Shown: positions 51,754 through 62,669, counted from the stretch's first letter. The stretch: 64,000 nucleotides of DNA from Terriglobia bacterium (GCA_965198225.1 CBDAOY010000003.1:32001-96000), one strand, 5' to 3'. Translations and numbers: made by a program. The notes: generated by a model not told the origin, from the letters alone.

Positions 51754-52596
51754 TCAGAGTAGCACAACTTTGGGGTGCGCCCAACCATTTTCCATGGTCG
51801 CGACAGCGATAAGTTCGAGTTTTTTGTTAAAGATGCGGACAGTCGACCCTACTTCGGTACACTCTACTGGACGTCCGTGACGGACGTCGTCTTCTCCCGC
51901 CCCATCGACCTGGAAGCGGCCCAAATCGGTCAGCAGTTCCTCCGGCGGAATCACGTCCGCGGCCGAGACCTGATCGAGAGCCACGGCGCGATCGAGGCCG
52001 AAAGGTCCGGACCGGGTTCGTCGCAGAGAATCCAGGTGAGCCCCTGTACCGATCTGTTCCCCCAGATCCCGTGCCAGGCTCCGCACGTATGTGCCGCCGG
52101 AGCAGCGGATCCGGAATTCGACACACGGTAGATCGAGCGCTACCAGATCGAAAGCCTCCACCTCGACCGAAACGGGAGGGAGGTCGAGGGCGATGCCTCG
52201 GCGCGCCAACCGGTAAGCCGTTACGCCGGATACCTTCTTGGCGGAATAGGCCGGAGGGATCTGTTCGAGCCGACCGGTCATGCCATCCATCGCGTTGACG
52301 ATGTCTTCTCGATCGAGATCGACCGGCTGCGGAGAGGCCAGGGCTTCACCTTCTCGATCGCAGGTCGTCGTAGCCCATCCGAATCGGATCCGACCCGTGT
52401 ATTCCTTGGGAGAAGCGGGTATGAATCGCGCCAATCGAGTCGCTTTCCCGATGCTGAGGGGAAGAACGCCCGTAGCCATCGGATCCAGTGTTCCCAGGTG
52501 TCCGACTTTCTTGATCCCGAGCTGCCGGCGGACGTGGGCGACGACGTCGTGCGACGTCATGCCGCCGGGCTTGTCGACGATGAGAACGCCGTTCAA
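51754..52596 (-). CDS. truB: tRNA pseudouridine(55) synthase
   Basis: DKPGGMTSHDVV, GHLGTLDP, PPAYSA, CSGGTYVRSL. Confidence 0.96.
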   Translation of the reverse strand: MNGVLIVDKPGGMTSHDVVAHVRRQLGIKKVGHLGTLDPMATGVLPLSIGKATRLARFIPASPKEYTGRIRFGWATTTCDREGEALASPQPVDLDREDIVNAMDGMTGRLEQIPPAYSAKKVSGVTAYRLARRGIALDLPPVSVEVEAFDLVALDLPCVEFRIRCSGGTYVRSLARDLGEQIGTGAHLDSLRRTRSGPFGLDRAVALDQVSAADVIPPEELLTDLGRFQVDGAGEDDVRHGRPVECTEVGSTVRIFNKKLELIAVATMENGWAHPKVVLL

Positions 52597-52614
52597 ATCG
52601 TGGTACCGGATCGA

Positions 52615-53610
52615 TCAGGCAGTCTGGGAGGGCGAAGAGATCGACGAATCTCTTGGAGAGTTGTGGTTCAGCTGGGCCCGGACCATCGAAACAACCTGTT
52701 CCTGAACGTCTTCCAGCGGGCCGACCATTCGACATCCTGCGGCCTTGCGGTGTCCACCGCCACCGAACCCGGCGGCTATTCGCGAGACGTCCAATTCGCT
52801 TTTCGATCGCAGGCTGACCCGGAAAGACCCGTCGTCCAACTCGCGGAATAACACAGCGACGTCGACGCCGACGATCGTGAGCGGGTAGTTCACGAGGCCC
52901 TCGACATCTTCGTCCATGCACCCGTGCCGGATCATATCGTCCCTCGTCAGTGCCGTCCATACGATGCGGCCACTCTCGTCGAGTTGCATCGCGTTCAGGA
53001 TCACGCCCATCGAACGTACTTTTTCGAGCGTGTTGGAGTAGAAGATCCTCATCGCCAGGCCGGCGACATCGGCACCGTGCTCGGCCAGTTCGGCAGCTAG
53101 TCGAAAAGTGGCCGCCGTCGTCGTGTCGAACTGGAACGAGCCCGTATCGGTCAGGACGGCGACGTAGACGTTCGTAGCGATTTCCGGCGTGATGTCCACG
53201 CCCAGGGCCTTCGAGAGACGAAAGATCATCTCGCCGACCGCACAGGCCGAGGACTCGATCCAGTTCACCGCACCGAAGGGCTCTGTCGAATGATGGTGGT
53301 CGATGTTGACCACGAACTGATCGTGCAGCCCTCCGATACCCGGCCGCTCCAGCGTTCCGCACTCCAGGACGAAAGCGGCGCCGAAGGGTCGGTCGAGCCG
53401 GTCGGCGACCTGGACCTGGTCTGAGGCGGGCAGCGCCTCGTAGCGCGAGGGCACCGGATCGTGGCTGATGATCGTGACCTTCTTGCCCAGCGCCCGCAGC
53501 GAGAGGGCCAGCGCGAGCTGGGATCCGAGCGAATCGCCATCGGGTCGCACGTGCGACGCGATCACGAAGTCGTCGCGAGTCTGGATGACTTCGATTACTT
53601 TCTTGATCAT
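52615..53610 (-). CDS. nrnA: DHH-family oligoribonuclease/pAp phosphatase
   Basis: HVRPDGD, NIDHH, TDTGSF, GGGGHRKAAG. Confidence 0.9.
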   Translation of the reverse strand: MIKKVIEVIQTRDDFVIASHVRPDGDSLGSQLALALSLRALGKKVTIISHDPVPSRYEALPASDQVQVADRLDRPFGAAFVLECGTLERPGIGGLHDQFVVNIDHHHSTEPFGAVNWIESSACAVGEMIFRLSKALGVDITPEIATNVYVAVLTDTGSFQFDTTTAATFRLAAELAEHGADVAGLAMRIFYSNTLEKVRSMGVILNAMQLDESGRIVWTALTRDDMIRHGCMDEDVEGLVNYPLTIVGVDVAVLFRELDDGSFRVSLRSKSELDVSRIAAGFGGGGHRKAAGCRMVGPLEDVQEQVVSMVRAQLNHNSPRDSSISSPSQTA

Positions 53611-53963
53611 TGTTGCGACGAATGAATCTCTTCTATCAGCTCTTCGACGCGGCTGCCTTTTTCGACAGAGGAGTCGTAGCCGAACGTCAACTCCGGCGTC
53701 CTTCGCAGGTGTGGCAAGCGCTGGCTGAGCTGGCTTCGAAGGAAGCCGCGCGCCGATTCCAACCCCGCCAGTGTATCCGCGCGCCCTTTCGCGTCACCGA
53801 GCGTGCTCACGTATACGCGCGCGTGTCGCATATCTGCCGATAGTCGGACCTCGGTTACCGTGACCGTCCCGATTCGAGGGTCTGCGAGAGCGCTCTCGAC
53901 GAGCGCGGCTATCTCTGTGCGAAGCTGCTGCGACAACCTGTTGATGCGCCTCTTCTCGATCAT
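53607..53963 (-). CDS. rbfA: Ribosome-binding factor A
   Basis: DPRIGTVTVTEVRLSADMRHARVYVS, RRTPELTFGYD. Confidence 0.93.
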   Translation of the reverse strand: MIEKRRINRLSQQLRTEIAALVESALADPRIGTVTVTEVRLSADMRHARVYVSTLGDAKGRADTLAGLESARGFLRSQLSQRLPHLRRTPELTFGYDSSVEKGSRVEELIEEIHSSQQ

Positions 53964-54244
53964 CACAAGAACTCGATGTTTCCGTTGACCGTGCAATCGG
54001 GCAGCGCTCGCTCGACCTCCTGCAGTGCCAGGTTCAATTGCTGTTCCAGGTAACCATGGTCCGGTCCTATCGAAACGATGCCGACTTCTGCACGTTGCCA
54101 GAGCTCCTGGTGGTTCACTTCCGACACGGCCACGTTGAATCTTCCCCTCAGACGATCCTTGAGCCTGCGGACGGCCATCCGCTTGTCCTTGAGCGAATGC
54201 GCGTACGGAATATGCAAGTCGAGTTGGAGCAGCCCGATGTGCAT
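53963..54244 (-). CDS. DUF503/YlxP-family protein
   Basis: SLKDKR, FNVAVSEV, LWQRA; position between infB and rbfA. Confidence 0.88.
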   Translation of the reverse strand: MHIGLLQLDLHIPYAHSLKDKRMAVRRLKDRLRGRFNVAVSEVNHQELWQRAEVGIVSIGPDHGYLEQQLNLALQEVERALPDCTVNGNIEFL

Positions 54245-54246
54245 TG

Positions 54247-54502
54247 TCAGTAGTCAGTAATCAGTAGTCAGGAGTCAGTTGCGCGTAGCCAACTGATAAC
54301 TCGTAACTGATGCGTGGCAACTAGCGGTTGCGGCCCTGCCCGGCCCAAAGTCGAGCTGGCCTAGCTTGACTTCACACCGGGTGTTCCGACACCGCAAGCC
54401 CCGGGTCGCAGGGAACGCGCCGTCGCGTGTCCCACCTTCAAAGAGCCCCCGCGAACACGGATTCGACCGTCGAGTTACCAGTTGACTGACAACTGACAAC
54501 TA
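54247..54502. repeat. Intergenic region bounded by inverted 7-bp repeat arrays
   Basis: TCAGTAG/TCAGTAA/TCAGGAG run at 54248-54281 and AACTGAT/ACTGACA runs at 54291-54311 and 54481-54502. Confidence 0.65.
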
Positions 54503-54514
54503 GCCGCGAAGCGG

Positions 54515-57106
54515 CTACACCCCGATATCTGCCGTGACTTTTTCGGTGACGAAGGCTTCGATGAGGTCGCCGACTTTGACGTCGTTGTAGTTCTGGAGGC
54601 CGATGCCGCACTCGTAGCCCGTTTTCACCTCGGTCGTGTCTTCCTTGAACCGCTTCAACGAAGAGATCTTGCCTTCGTAGATCACGACGTTGTTACGCAG
54701 CAGTCGAACGTCGGCATTCCGCAGCACACGTCCGTCGGTGATATAGCACCCGGCAATCACGCCGACTTTGGGAATCTTGAAGGTATCGCGAACCTCGGCG
54801 GTGCCGAGATAGGTTTCCTTCGTGACCGGTTCCAGGACACCCACCATCGCGCTCTTGATCTCGTCCACGACGTTATAGATCACGGTATGCAGCCGGATAT
54901 CCACCTTCTCGCGGTCGGCCAGTTCCGCGGCTTTTCTCTCCGGGCGGACGTTGAAGCCGATGATGATGGCGTTCGAAGTTGCCGCCAGAAGGACGTCGTA
55001 CTCCGTGATCCCGCCGACCATGGAGTGGATGATGCGAACCTTGACCTTTTCCGTACTCGTCTTGTTGAGCATGTCGGTCAGCACCTCGACCGAACCCTGG
55101 ACGTCGGCCTTGAGGATGATCGGCACTTCCTTGATGTCACCCTTCGCCAACTGAAGATGGAGTTGGTCGAGCGTGAGCCGAGCGCTCTTGGCCATCGCGA
55201 TTTCCCGCGCCTTTTCCTGCCGGAACCCGGCGATCTGCCGGGCCTTGTTGTCGTCGGCAATCATCTGGAACGGATCGCCGGCTTGAGGCAGTCCCTGGAG
55301 GCCGAGGACCTCGACCGGAACTGACGGCCCGGCTTCCTTGACCTGTTCACCGTGCTCGTCATACATCGCTCGGACCTTGCCGTACACGGCTCCGACGATG
55401 AAGTTGTCGCCGACCCGCAGCGTGCCGTTCTGGATGAGAACGGTCGCGACATTGCCCCGTCCTCTGTCGAGCTTTGCTTCGAGCACCGTACCCATCGCCG
55501 GGAAATCCGGGTCCCCCTTGAGCTGCCGCATGTCCGAGACCAGCAGGATCATCTCCTGCAATCCGTCGAGGTTCGTCTTTTGTTTGGCCGAAACCTCCAC
55601 GGTCACGACGTCACCACCCCAGTCTTCCGCCAGCAGGTTCTGTTCGGCCAACTCACGCTTGACCCGATCCACGTCGGCGTTTGGAACATCGATCTTGTTG
55701 ATCGCGACGAGGATGGGAACGTTGGCAGCCCGTGTGTGCGCAATCGACTCGATCGTCTGCGGCATCACCCCGTCATCGGCCGCGACGACGAGGATCACGA
55801 CATCGGTCACCGAAGCGCCCCGAGCACGCATCAACGTAAAAGCCTCGTGACCCGGAGTATCCAGGAACGTGATCTTTCGGTTTCCTGTCTGAACCTGGTA
55901 CGCCCCGATGTGCTGCGTGATCCCGCCGTGCTCCTGTTCGGTGACGCTCGTCTCGCGGATCGCGTCCAGCAGCGACGTCTTGCCGTGGTCGACGTGCCCC
56001 ATGATCGTCACGACCGGAGACCGTTCCACCATCTTCTCGGGTTCGGCGACTTCAACGGCTTCGAGCAGCACGCTCTCCTCGAAGGTTACGAATTCGGCTT
56101 CTGCGTTGAAGTCCTTACAGAGCTGCTCGGCCAGTTCTCTGTCAAGGGCGTGATTGATATTCGCAAAGACCCCGCGGTCCATCAGTTTCTTGATAACGTC
56201 CTTGGTTCGCGCGTCGAGCGTTTCGGCAAGTTCCTTGACCGTCAGATTTTCCGTCAGGGTCACGTGCATGAACTCGCGCGGGGCTTCGGGCTTCGGCTGC
56301 GGCCGGGGCATCGGTCGCCGGTTCATCTGCCGTTCGACCCTCGATGCACGGGTCGGTCTCGGTCGGTCCCTGCGTGGCGGTGCCGGACCGCGACCCCACG
56401 GCCGGCCTCCCGGCGGCGGCGCCTGCGGAGGGCGTCCCGTTCGAGACGGTGGCGCGCCGGTTCGAGGGTGGCCCGGACGGACAGGTCGGCGACCCCGTGT
56501 CGGGACCGGTCGATTCTGCTGACGTAGCCGCTCCTGGGCGAGCTGCTGCATTGTTTTCTTTGGAGGTGGAGCCGGTGGGGCAGCCGCCGGCTTCTTTTCC
56601 GCGGGTGGCGCTTGCGCCGCCGCGGGCGGGGTAGATGCTGCAGGCGCCTGGGCAGGCTGTGGTGCTTCCGTCGCGGGTGGCGGGCTCGCGGCGACCTTCT
56701 GCGGCGCTACGGGTGCCGCCGCTGCTTTGGGTGGCGCTTCCGGACTCGGCTTGACGACCCTGGCTGCCGGAGCCTCGACGGGCGCAGCGACCTCGACCGG
56801 CTTCGGCTTTGCCTTGACCACGTGCGGCTTGTCGGCCGGAATCTCCTCGATCTTTTCTTCGGCTGCTTCTTCCTCGGCAGCCTTTGTTTTCTTGGCGGCC
56901 GTCGTCTTTTTCGCAGCCTTGCGTTTGGGTTTCGGCTTTTCGATGACGAGCACGCCAAGAATGTGGCGCAGCTGTTCGGCCATCCGGTCCTCGACCGTAT
57001 TCGAGTGCGAGGTCACCGGGGCACCCAAGTGTTGAAGTTCTCGAATCACTTCGCTATTGTCGCGGTTGAGTTCCCGCGCCAGCTGGTAGACTCGAAGCTT
57101 TCCCAT
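54515..57106 (-). CDS. infB: Translation initiation factor IF-2
   Basis: GHVDHGKTS, GGITQHIGA, DTPGHEAF, NKID. Confidence 0.98.
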   Translation of the reverse strand: MGKLRVYQLARELNRDNSEVIRELQHLGAPVTSHSNTVEDRMAEQLRHILGVLVIEKPKPKRKAAKKTTAAKKTKAAEEEAAEEKIEEIPADKPHVVKAKPKPVEVAAPVEAPAARVVKPSPEAPPKAAAAPVAPQKVAASPPPATEAPQPAQAPAASTPPAAAQAPPAEKKPAAAPPAPPPKKTMQQLAQERLRQQNRPVPTRGRRPVRPGHPRTGAPPSRTGRPPQAPPPGGRPWGRGPAPPRRDRPRPTRASRVERQMNRRPMPRPQPKPEAPREFMHVTLTENLTVKELAETLDARTKDVIKKLMDRGVFANINHALDRELAEQLCKDFNAEAEFVTFEESVLLEAVEVAEPEKMVERSPVVTIMGHVDHGKTSLLDAIRETSVTEQEHGGITQHIGAYQVQTGNRKITFLDTPGHEAFTLMRARGASVTDVVILVVAADDGVMPQTIESIAHTRAANVPILVAINKIDVPNADVDRVKRELAEQNLLAEDWGGDVVTVEVSAKQKTNLDGLQEMILLVSDMRQLKGDPDFPAMGTVLEAKLDRGRGNVATVLIQNGTLRVGDNFIVGAVYGKVRAMYDEHGEQVKEAGPSVPVEVLGLQGLPQAGDPFQMIADDNKARQIAGFRQEKAREIAMAKSARLTLDQLHLQLAKGDIKEVPIILKADVQGSVEVLTDMLNKTSTEKVKVRIIHSMVGGITEYDVLLAATSNAIIIGFNVRPERKAAELADREKVDIRLHTVIYNVVDEIKSAMVGVLEPVTKETYLGTAEVRDTFKIPKVGVIAGCYITDGRVLRNADVRLLRNNVVIYEGKISSLKRFKEDTTEVKTGYECGIGLQNYNDVKVGDLIEAFVTEKVTADIGV

Positions 57107-57375
57107 CCTCTTAGCTAGACCTCTCCTTCAGGGTAACCACCAAGAATATCACGGCCATCGTCGGCTCGACCCCTGCCAGGCTTCTTCGCCTTCCACCGCT
57201 TCGGCCAGGGCGATTTCGGCGGCAGACTCTTGGTCCGCCGCCGCGGTTTCCGCGCCGGACTCCTGGTCCGCCACCCGCGGCAGACTCTTCGTCCGCCGCC
57301 GCGGCTTCGACGGACTCCGGCGCGCTTTCGGCGGATTCCGCCGCGTCTTCAGGCCCCGCCTCCCCACTCGGTTCG

Positions 57376-57532
57376 CCATCGCCCCCTGGCGCGCCATCGC
57401 CCGCCGGCCCGCCATCGCCCGCCGCCGCGTCATCGCCTGCCGGCGCACCATCGCCTGCCGGCGCACCATCGCCTGCCGGCGCACCATGCCGGCGCGTCAT
57501 CGCCTGCCGGCGCGTCATCGCCTGCCGGCGCA
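57376..57532 (-). repeat. 18-bp tandem repeats in the NusA tail (AGDDAP/AGDGAP)
   Basis: CATCGCCTGCCGGCGC(A/G)(C/T) units on +; one unit at about 57485 lacks 5 bp. Confidence 0.85.
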
Positions 57533-58920
57533 GTGTCGTCCGCCTCGTCGGAGGGGTCTCCGAAGAAGTCCTCCGACTTGCTGAACATCCGCTCCTGCGC
57601 TACGCGCTCCATCTCGTCCTGGTAGGAGGACTGGTTGGCGTAGTATTCCGAGAGCGCGTCCCGGATCCTGTCGATTGTCTTCCCCCCGATGCCTGGAACC
57701 GCCTCCAGGTCCTCGGGGGCCAGGTCGGCCAGCTGCTCCACCGTCATGATCTCGGCCGACTGCAGCTTCTTGATCAGGCCCGGGGTCAGATCTTCTATCG
57801 TCTCCAGCGGAGTGGCCGCCTGCATTCGCTCGATCTGTTCCTCGATCTCAGCTCGTTTTTCTTCCTCACTCTTGATGTCGATCCGCCACCCGATCAGCCT
57901 CGAGGCCAGCCGGACGTTCTGTCCCTTCTTGCCGATGGCCAGCGACAGCTGACCTTCCTCGACGATGATCTCCATGACCCGCTCGATCTCTTGTTCGTCT
58001 TCTCGAAGCGTGACGTCGGGTGCGTCCAGCGTCGTCACTCGGCTCACCTTTGCCGGACTGATCGCGTTGGTCGCGAAGCTGACGATGTCGTCCGACCACT
58101 GGATGATATCGATCTTCTCCCCGCGCAACTCCCGGATGATGGACTGAACACGCGATCCCTTCATACCGACACACGCTCCGACCGGGTCCACGTCTCTTTC
58201 ACGTGAGGCTACAGCGATCTTGGTCCGCTCCCCCGCTTCGCGGGCGATACTCCTGATCTGTACGGTTCCGTCGTAGATTTCCGGTACCTCTGTCTGGAAT
58301 AGATGCTGGACGAGTATCGGGTCCCCGCGGGAGACGACGACCTGGGGGCCCTTGGCGGTCTTCTCCACGCGAACGATGACCACACGAATCCGATCGCCCA
58401 TGGCGAAGGCTTCCAGCCGGGACTGTTCGCGCCGCGGAATGCGACCCTCTGTCTTCCCCAGCTCGACGATGACGTCACCGTTCTCGAAACGTTTCACAAC
58501 GGAGTTGACGATTTCACCGACGTGTTCGTGGTATTCGGCATAGACGCTTTCACGCTCTGCCTCGCGCACCTTCTGGAAGATCACCTGCTTCGCCATCTGT
58601 GCCGCGATGCGACCCAGGCCGGCGGTCGGTTTCGGAAACTCGACTTCGTCGTCGACCTGTGCGTCATCCTTGATTGCCCGTGCCTCTTCGAGCGAGATCT
58701 CTATGGAGTCGTCTTCGACCGCCTCCACCACGCTCTTGACGGCAAACACTTCGATCTCACCGGTTTCCGGGTTGATTCTCGAGCGCAGCTCCTCGCTCGA
58801 CTTGAAGTACTTCCGCGAGGCCACAACGATGGCGTCCTCGATCGCGTCGACGACTATCTGCGGATCGATGCCCTTTTCCCGGCTGATCTGGTCGATCATC
58901 TGAAAAAGCTGATTCGACAT
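57430..58920 (-). CDS. nusA: Transcription termination/antitermination factor NusA (acidic tail frameshifted, probably extends to about 57115-57150)
   Basis: GRIAAQMAKQVIFQK, AREAGERTK, GACVGMKGSRV, SLAIGKKGQNVRLA. Confidence 0.95.
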   Translation of the reverse strand: MSNQLFQMIDQISREKGIDPQIVVDAIEDAIVVASRKYFKSSEELRSRINPETGEIEVFAVKSVVEAVEDDSIEISLEEARAIKDDAQVDDEVEFPKPTAGLGRIAAQMAKQVIFQKVREAERESVYAEYHEHVGEIVNSVVKRFENGDVIVELGKTEGRIPRREQSRLEAFAMGDRIRVVIVRVEKTAKGPQVVVSRGDPILVQHLFQTEVPEIYDGTVQIRSIAREAGERTKIAVASRERDVDPVGACVGMKGSRVQSIIRELRGEKIDIIQWSDDIVSFATNAISPAKVSRVTTLDAPDVTLREDEQEIERVMEIIVEEGQLSLAIGKKGQNVRLASRLIGWRIDIKSEEEKRAEIEEQIERMQAATPLETIEDLTPGLIKKLQSAEIMTVEQLADLAPEDLEAVPGIGGKTIDRIRDALSEYYANQSSYQDEMERVAQERMFSKSEDFFGDPSDEADDTAPAGDDAPAGDDAPAWCAGRRWCAGRRWCAGRR

Positions 58921-58949
58921 CCGTCAATGACTCCTGGCTCGTATGATCG

Positions 58950-59429
58950 TCATTTGCGGGCCATCTCGGTGGTCCAGTCGACTTCGAGTCGCGCCTCCTG
59001 GATCACGTCCAGAGGAATCTCGATCAGGTTTCCTTCGCCGAGCTCCATCCAGACCTTGTTTCCCTGGAGACCCTTGAGTCGCCCCTTGAATACCTTCTGA
59101 TTGTCGAGTGAAAGCCGGGTCCGGATCTTGGCCAAGCGTCCCTCAAACCGCTTGTAGTCGTTGTTCCTGACCAGTTTGCGATCCAGACCGGGGGAGGAAA
59201 CTTCCAGCGTGTATGAAAATGGGATTAGATTTTCAACATCCAGGACTGTTCCAACCTGTTCGCTGATCAGTTCGCAATCGCGATGTGAGATCCCTCCGTC
59301 CCGATCGATAAAGACCCGAAGAACCCGATGGCGACCAGTCCCCCTGAGCTCGACCTCGACTGGCTCATAACCTTCCGATTCGACGACTTCTTCGACGACC
59401 TGACGGACCTTCTCCAGCTCAACTCCCAT
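58950..59429 (-). CDS. rimP: Ribosome maturation factor RimP
   Basis: LRVFID, DC..IS, YTLEVSSPGLDR. Confidence 0.95.
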   Translation of the reverse strand: MGVELEKVRQVVEEVVESEGYEPVEVELRGTGRHRVLRVFIDRDGGISHRDCELISEQVGTVLDVENLIPFSYTLEVSSPGLDRKLVRNNDYKRFEGRLAKIRTRLSLDNQKVFKGRLKGLQGNKVWMELGEGNLIEIPLDVIQEARLEVDWTTEMARK

Positions 59430-59441
59430 GCCAAACAACAA

Positions 59442-59508
59442 AAAAGTGGGCTAAAGCCCACTTTTCCCTTCAGGAGTAGAGTATAGGTGCCAAAGGGAAT
59501 GAAATCAA
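59442..59508 (-). promoter_or_regulatory. rimP operon promoter and leader hairpin
   Basis: TTGATT (59508-59503), 17 bp, TATACT (59485-59480); hairpin AAAAGTGGGC-N4-GCCCACTTTT before the start. Confidence 0.7.
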
Positions 59509-59613
59509 CCCGTTATTTAGCTTGCGACCCCTCCCAGCGGACGTCACATCATCGCAAAATCACTTGCGGAAACCGGGTTTTACACCCTTTCGGCCAGACA
59601 TTCGGAGGCGAAC

Positions 59614-60138
59614 TCACCCCGTCTGAAGGAACAGCTTTACGAGAAGGACCACAGTGGCGCCGGCGAAGCCGGCCAGGGCGTTGTGCTCTCGGTTGGCGAG
59701 ATACTGCTCGAGCGAAAACCCCTCGAAAACCCGCAGGTCCAGCCGTGCCGGGAAGAACAGGCGGACGCGGCTCTTGAACCGATCGAAATCCTGCCCGAAC
59801 AGATCTTCCAGGTGCCGTTCCTCCTTGCGCATCACCGCAGGGTAAATGATGACGAATGGTACCAGCAGGCTTGCGGCCGAAGCCAGGCTGCCGCTCATCA
59901 CAGCGAACCCTGTAGCCAACAAGAAACTCCCGAAATAGAGTGGGTTGCGGGTCATGCGGTACGGACCGGTCTGTGCCAGAGCCGCGTCCTTGTGGATGAC
60001 GCCCGCCGCAGCCGCCCGAAAGGCGAGCCCCAGCAGCGCGACGGGAAACCCGGCCAGCATGAATTGGGAGGTAGGCGTCGAGAAATAGAAAACGACTGCA
60101 GCCACCCCGAAACCCAGCGGGACCCGAAACGCGGCCAT
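59614..60138 (-). CDS. Isoprenylcysteine carboxyl methyltransferase/PEMT-family membrane protein
   Basis: LAQTGPYRMTRNPLYFGS, EERHL..FG, RVRLFFP. Confidence 0.85.
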   Translation of the reverse strand: MAAFRVPLGFGVAAVVFYFSTPTSQFMLAGFPVALLGLAFRAAAAGVIHKDAALAQTGPYRMTRNPLYFGSFLLATGFAVMSGSLASAASLLVPFVIIYPAVMRKEERHLEDLFGQDFDRFKSRVRLFFPARLDLRVFEGFSLEQYLANREHNALAGFAGATVVLLVKLFLQTG

Positions 60139-61226
60139 CAGGCCGTCGGGTCGGCTGTCCGCTCGGTATCGAACTCGAGCCGCCGGGTGCAGGCTTCATA
60201 GACACGATCGACGCTGATGTCGGTCAGGCAGCCGAGGTGCTCCAAGGGGCATGCATCCCTAGCGTAGCAGGGGCGACAGTCCATGCGCTGCTCGACGACG
60301 ATGTCCTCCCGGCGGAAGGGCCCGTTGCGATCGCTGCTGGTCGGTCCGAATATCGACACGATCGGGGTTCCGACCGCGGCGGCAAAGTGCATCGGTCCCG
60401 TGTCGCCGCCGACGAACAGACGCGCACGCTCGCAGAGAGCCACAAGTTCCTGGAGACTCGCCGGAATCATGCGGACTCGATCACCTGCAACGGCTTGAAC
60501 CGCGGACGCGATATCGTCCTCTCCCGGTCCCCACGTCACGGCCACGGTCAGGTCGTCGTCGAGAAGCCGCTTTGCCAATGCCCCGTAGCGTTTGGGATCC
60601 CAGCGCTTGGTCGGCCATCCGCCGCCGGGGTTGATCAAAACGTACCCGGTCAGGCCGTCGAGCGCCCGGGCGAGAGAATCGCGGGCCGTCGATGGCGCCG
60701 CGAGCGGTGCGGGGGTATCCCAGTCGGGATCGATGCCGAGCGGCTTCAACAGCTCCATCTGCTGGTCGATGATATGGATCCGCCGAGGCGTCACGACCTC
60801 CGTGTAGAAAAAGCGGCTCGTGGATTCTTTCAGGAAGTCGCGTTCCCACCCGATTCGAATCGGGGCGGCGGACAGATACCCGACAAAAGCCGACTTCAAC
60901 AGCCCCTGGAAATCGATCGTGCAGTCGTATCCGTCGGTGCGTAACGCCCAGACGAACTCGAGTATCTCCTTCGCGCTGCCGATACCGGGCGAGTACCGCC
61001 ACTGGTAGGTGTCGATGGGGACCAGTCGGACTCCCAGGCCGCTCATCTCGACGACAGACTTGTTCTTTCGCTCGATCAGCCAGTCGATTTCGGCATTCGG
61101 GAAATGATCCAGGAGCAGTCGGACGGACGGGAGACAATGCACGATATCACCGAGCGATCCGAACTTCACGACGAGGATCCGTTTCGGTTCCGCGGTCGGT
61201 TTCATCTGCGAGGAATTCCTGCTCAT
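60138..61226 (-). CDS. waaC: GT9 LPS heptosyltransferase I-like
   Basis: ILVVKFGSLGDIVH, DFQGLLKSA, GGDTGPMHFAAA. Confidence 0.8.
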   Translation of the reverse strand: MSRNSSQMKPTAEPKRILVVKFGSLGDIVHCLPSVRLLLDHFPNAEIDWLIERKNKSVVEMSGLGVRLVPIDTYQWRYSPGIGSAKEILEFVWALRTDGYDCTIDFQGLLKSAFVGYLSAAPIRIGWERDFLKESTSRFFYTEVVTPRRIHIIDQQMELLKPLGIDPDWDTPAPLAAPSTARDSLARALDGLTGYVLINPGGGWPTKRWDPKRYGALAKRLLDDDLTVAVTWGPGEDDIASAVQAVAGDRVRMIPASLQELVALCERARLFVGGDTGPMHFAAAVGTPIVSIFGPTSSDRNGPFRREDIVVEQRMDCRPCYARDACPLEHLGCLTDISVDRVYEACTRRLEFDTERTADPTA

Positions 61227-61236
61227 CGGTCCGTGT

Positions 61237-61695
61237 TCAACCGTATCGTTCCAGTATTGTACCCAGAATATCCTTGGTGGAGTGGTCTTTAGGGTCGCCG
61301 GCGATTCGGACTTCGCCTCCGTATCCGCGGACTTGATCCCCCTCGGGAACCGTAGCCTCGGTGTAATCGGTCCCCTTTGCGTGCACACTCGGTCGAAGTG
61401 CCTCGATTACCCTGGACACATCAGTCTCGTCGAAGACCACGACGTAGTCGACACATTCCAATGCCGAGACCAGCACCACGCGATCGTCCTCGTTCATGAT
61501 CGGGCGACCTTCCCCTTTAAGCCGCCGCACGGATCGGTCGCTGTTTACCGCCACGACGAGGGTGTCGCCTAGCTCGGCTGCGCCCTCCAGGTATCGGACA
61601 TGACCGGCATGGAGAATGTCGAAGCATCCATTCGCCAGCACCGTCCGATGCCCGCGGGTGATCGCCGACAGCTCCTCCAGCCCGCGTCGTTTCAT
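61237..61695 (-). CDS. rfaE2: D-glycero-beta-D-manno-heptose 1-phosphate adenylyltransferase (HldE domain II)
   Basis: [35 protein letters not shown]. Confidence 0.9.
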   Translation of the reverse strand: MKRRGLEELSAITRGHRTVLANGCFDILHAGHVRYLEGAAELGDTLVVAVNSDRSVRRLKGEGRPIMNEDDRVVLVSALECVDYVVVFDETDVSRVIEALRPSVHAKGTDYTEATVPEGDQVRGYGGEVRIAGDPKDHSTKDILGTILERYG

Positions 61696-62669
61696 CAGGA
61701 TGCCCCAACGGCGGACCGTAGCTCTTCCAGGGTCACCGCACGCGTGCCGTGCTTCATGACGACGATCCCCCCGGCGTAGTTGGCCAGCCTCGCGGCGTCC
61801 CTGAACGACCCTCCCGCGGCCAGTGCGAGCGTGAAGGTCGCGATGACCGTGTCACCGGCGCCGGTGACGTCGGCGATCTCGTCGGTGCCGTAGATCGGGA
61901 TGTGGGTCGTCTTCCGCCTCCGCTCGAACAGCGCCATTCCATCCTTCCCGCGTGTGATGAGGATCGCGCCGTGCTTCAGGCGTCGCAGCAGCGTGCGGCC
62001 GGCCCATTCCAGCTTCTCGAGGTCGTTTCCGATCCGGATGCCCAGAGCCGCTTCGACCTCCGGCTCGTTCGGAGTCGCTGCGGTCATTCCTTTGTAATCA
62101 CCGATGACGAAGCGGGAGTCGAGGGTAACCGGCAGCCCGGACGCCGTGAGCGTCGACGCAAGCTCCGGTGTCACCGTCCCGTACCCGTAGTCGGACATCA
62201 GTACCGCGTCGGCCCGCTTCAACCGGCTTTCGAGCCTGCGCCGGATGGTTTGGGAGTGGCCACTGTTCGCGACAGCTCGGCCGGCGTCCAGACGCAGGAC
62301 CTGCTGGCGGTAAGAGTGGACCGCGCCGGCAAGGATTCGCGTTTTGGTCGGCGTTCGGTAGGAGCGAACCTTGCGGATACCGGTCGTGTCGATCCCCCGC
62401 GAGGAGAAATACTCGATCAGCTGAAGGCCTTCCGCGTCCTCGCCGACGATACCGACCGGCAAGGGATTGGCTCCCAGCGTGCGCAGGTTGTGAACGGCGT
62501 TGGCCCCTCCTCCGGGCACAAGTTGGGTTTCCCGGTGGGACAGGATCAAGACCGGGGCTTCGCGAGATACTCTTGAAATCTCACCGTAGACAAAGACATC
62601 CGCCACGAGGTCTGCGAGGACGACGACCCTGCGTCCTTCGAACTTGTCGATCAGCTTCTTCAGGTTCAT
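61695..62669 (-). CDS. rfaE1: Heptose 7-phosphate kinase (HldE domain I, PfkB family)
   Basis: [35 protein letters not shown]. Confidence 0.9.
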   Translation of the reverse strand: MNLKKLIDKFEGRRVVVLADLVADVFVYGEISRVSREAPVLILSHRETQLVPGGGANAVHNLRTLGANPLPVGIVGEDAEGLQLIEYFSSRGIDTTGIRKVRSYRTPTKTRILAGAVHSYRQQVLRLDAGRAVANSGHSQTIRRRLESRLKRADAVLMSDYGYGTVTPELASTLTASGLPVTLDSRFVIGDYKGMTAATPNEPEVEAALGIRIGNDLEKLEWAGRTLLRRLKHGAILITRGKDGMALFERRRKTTHIPIYGTDEIADVTGAGDTVIATFTLALAAGGSFRDAARLANYAGGIVVMKHGTRAVTLEELRSAVGAS

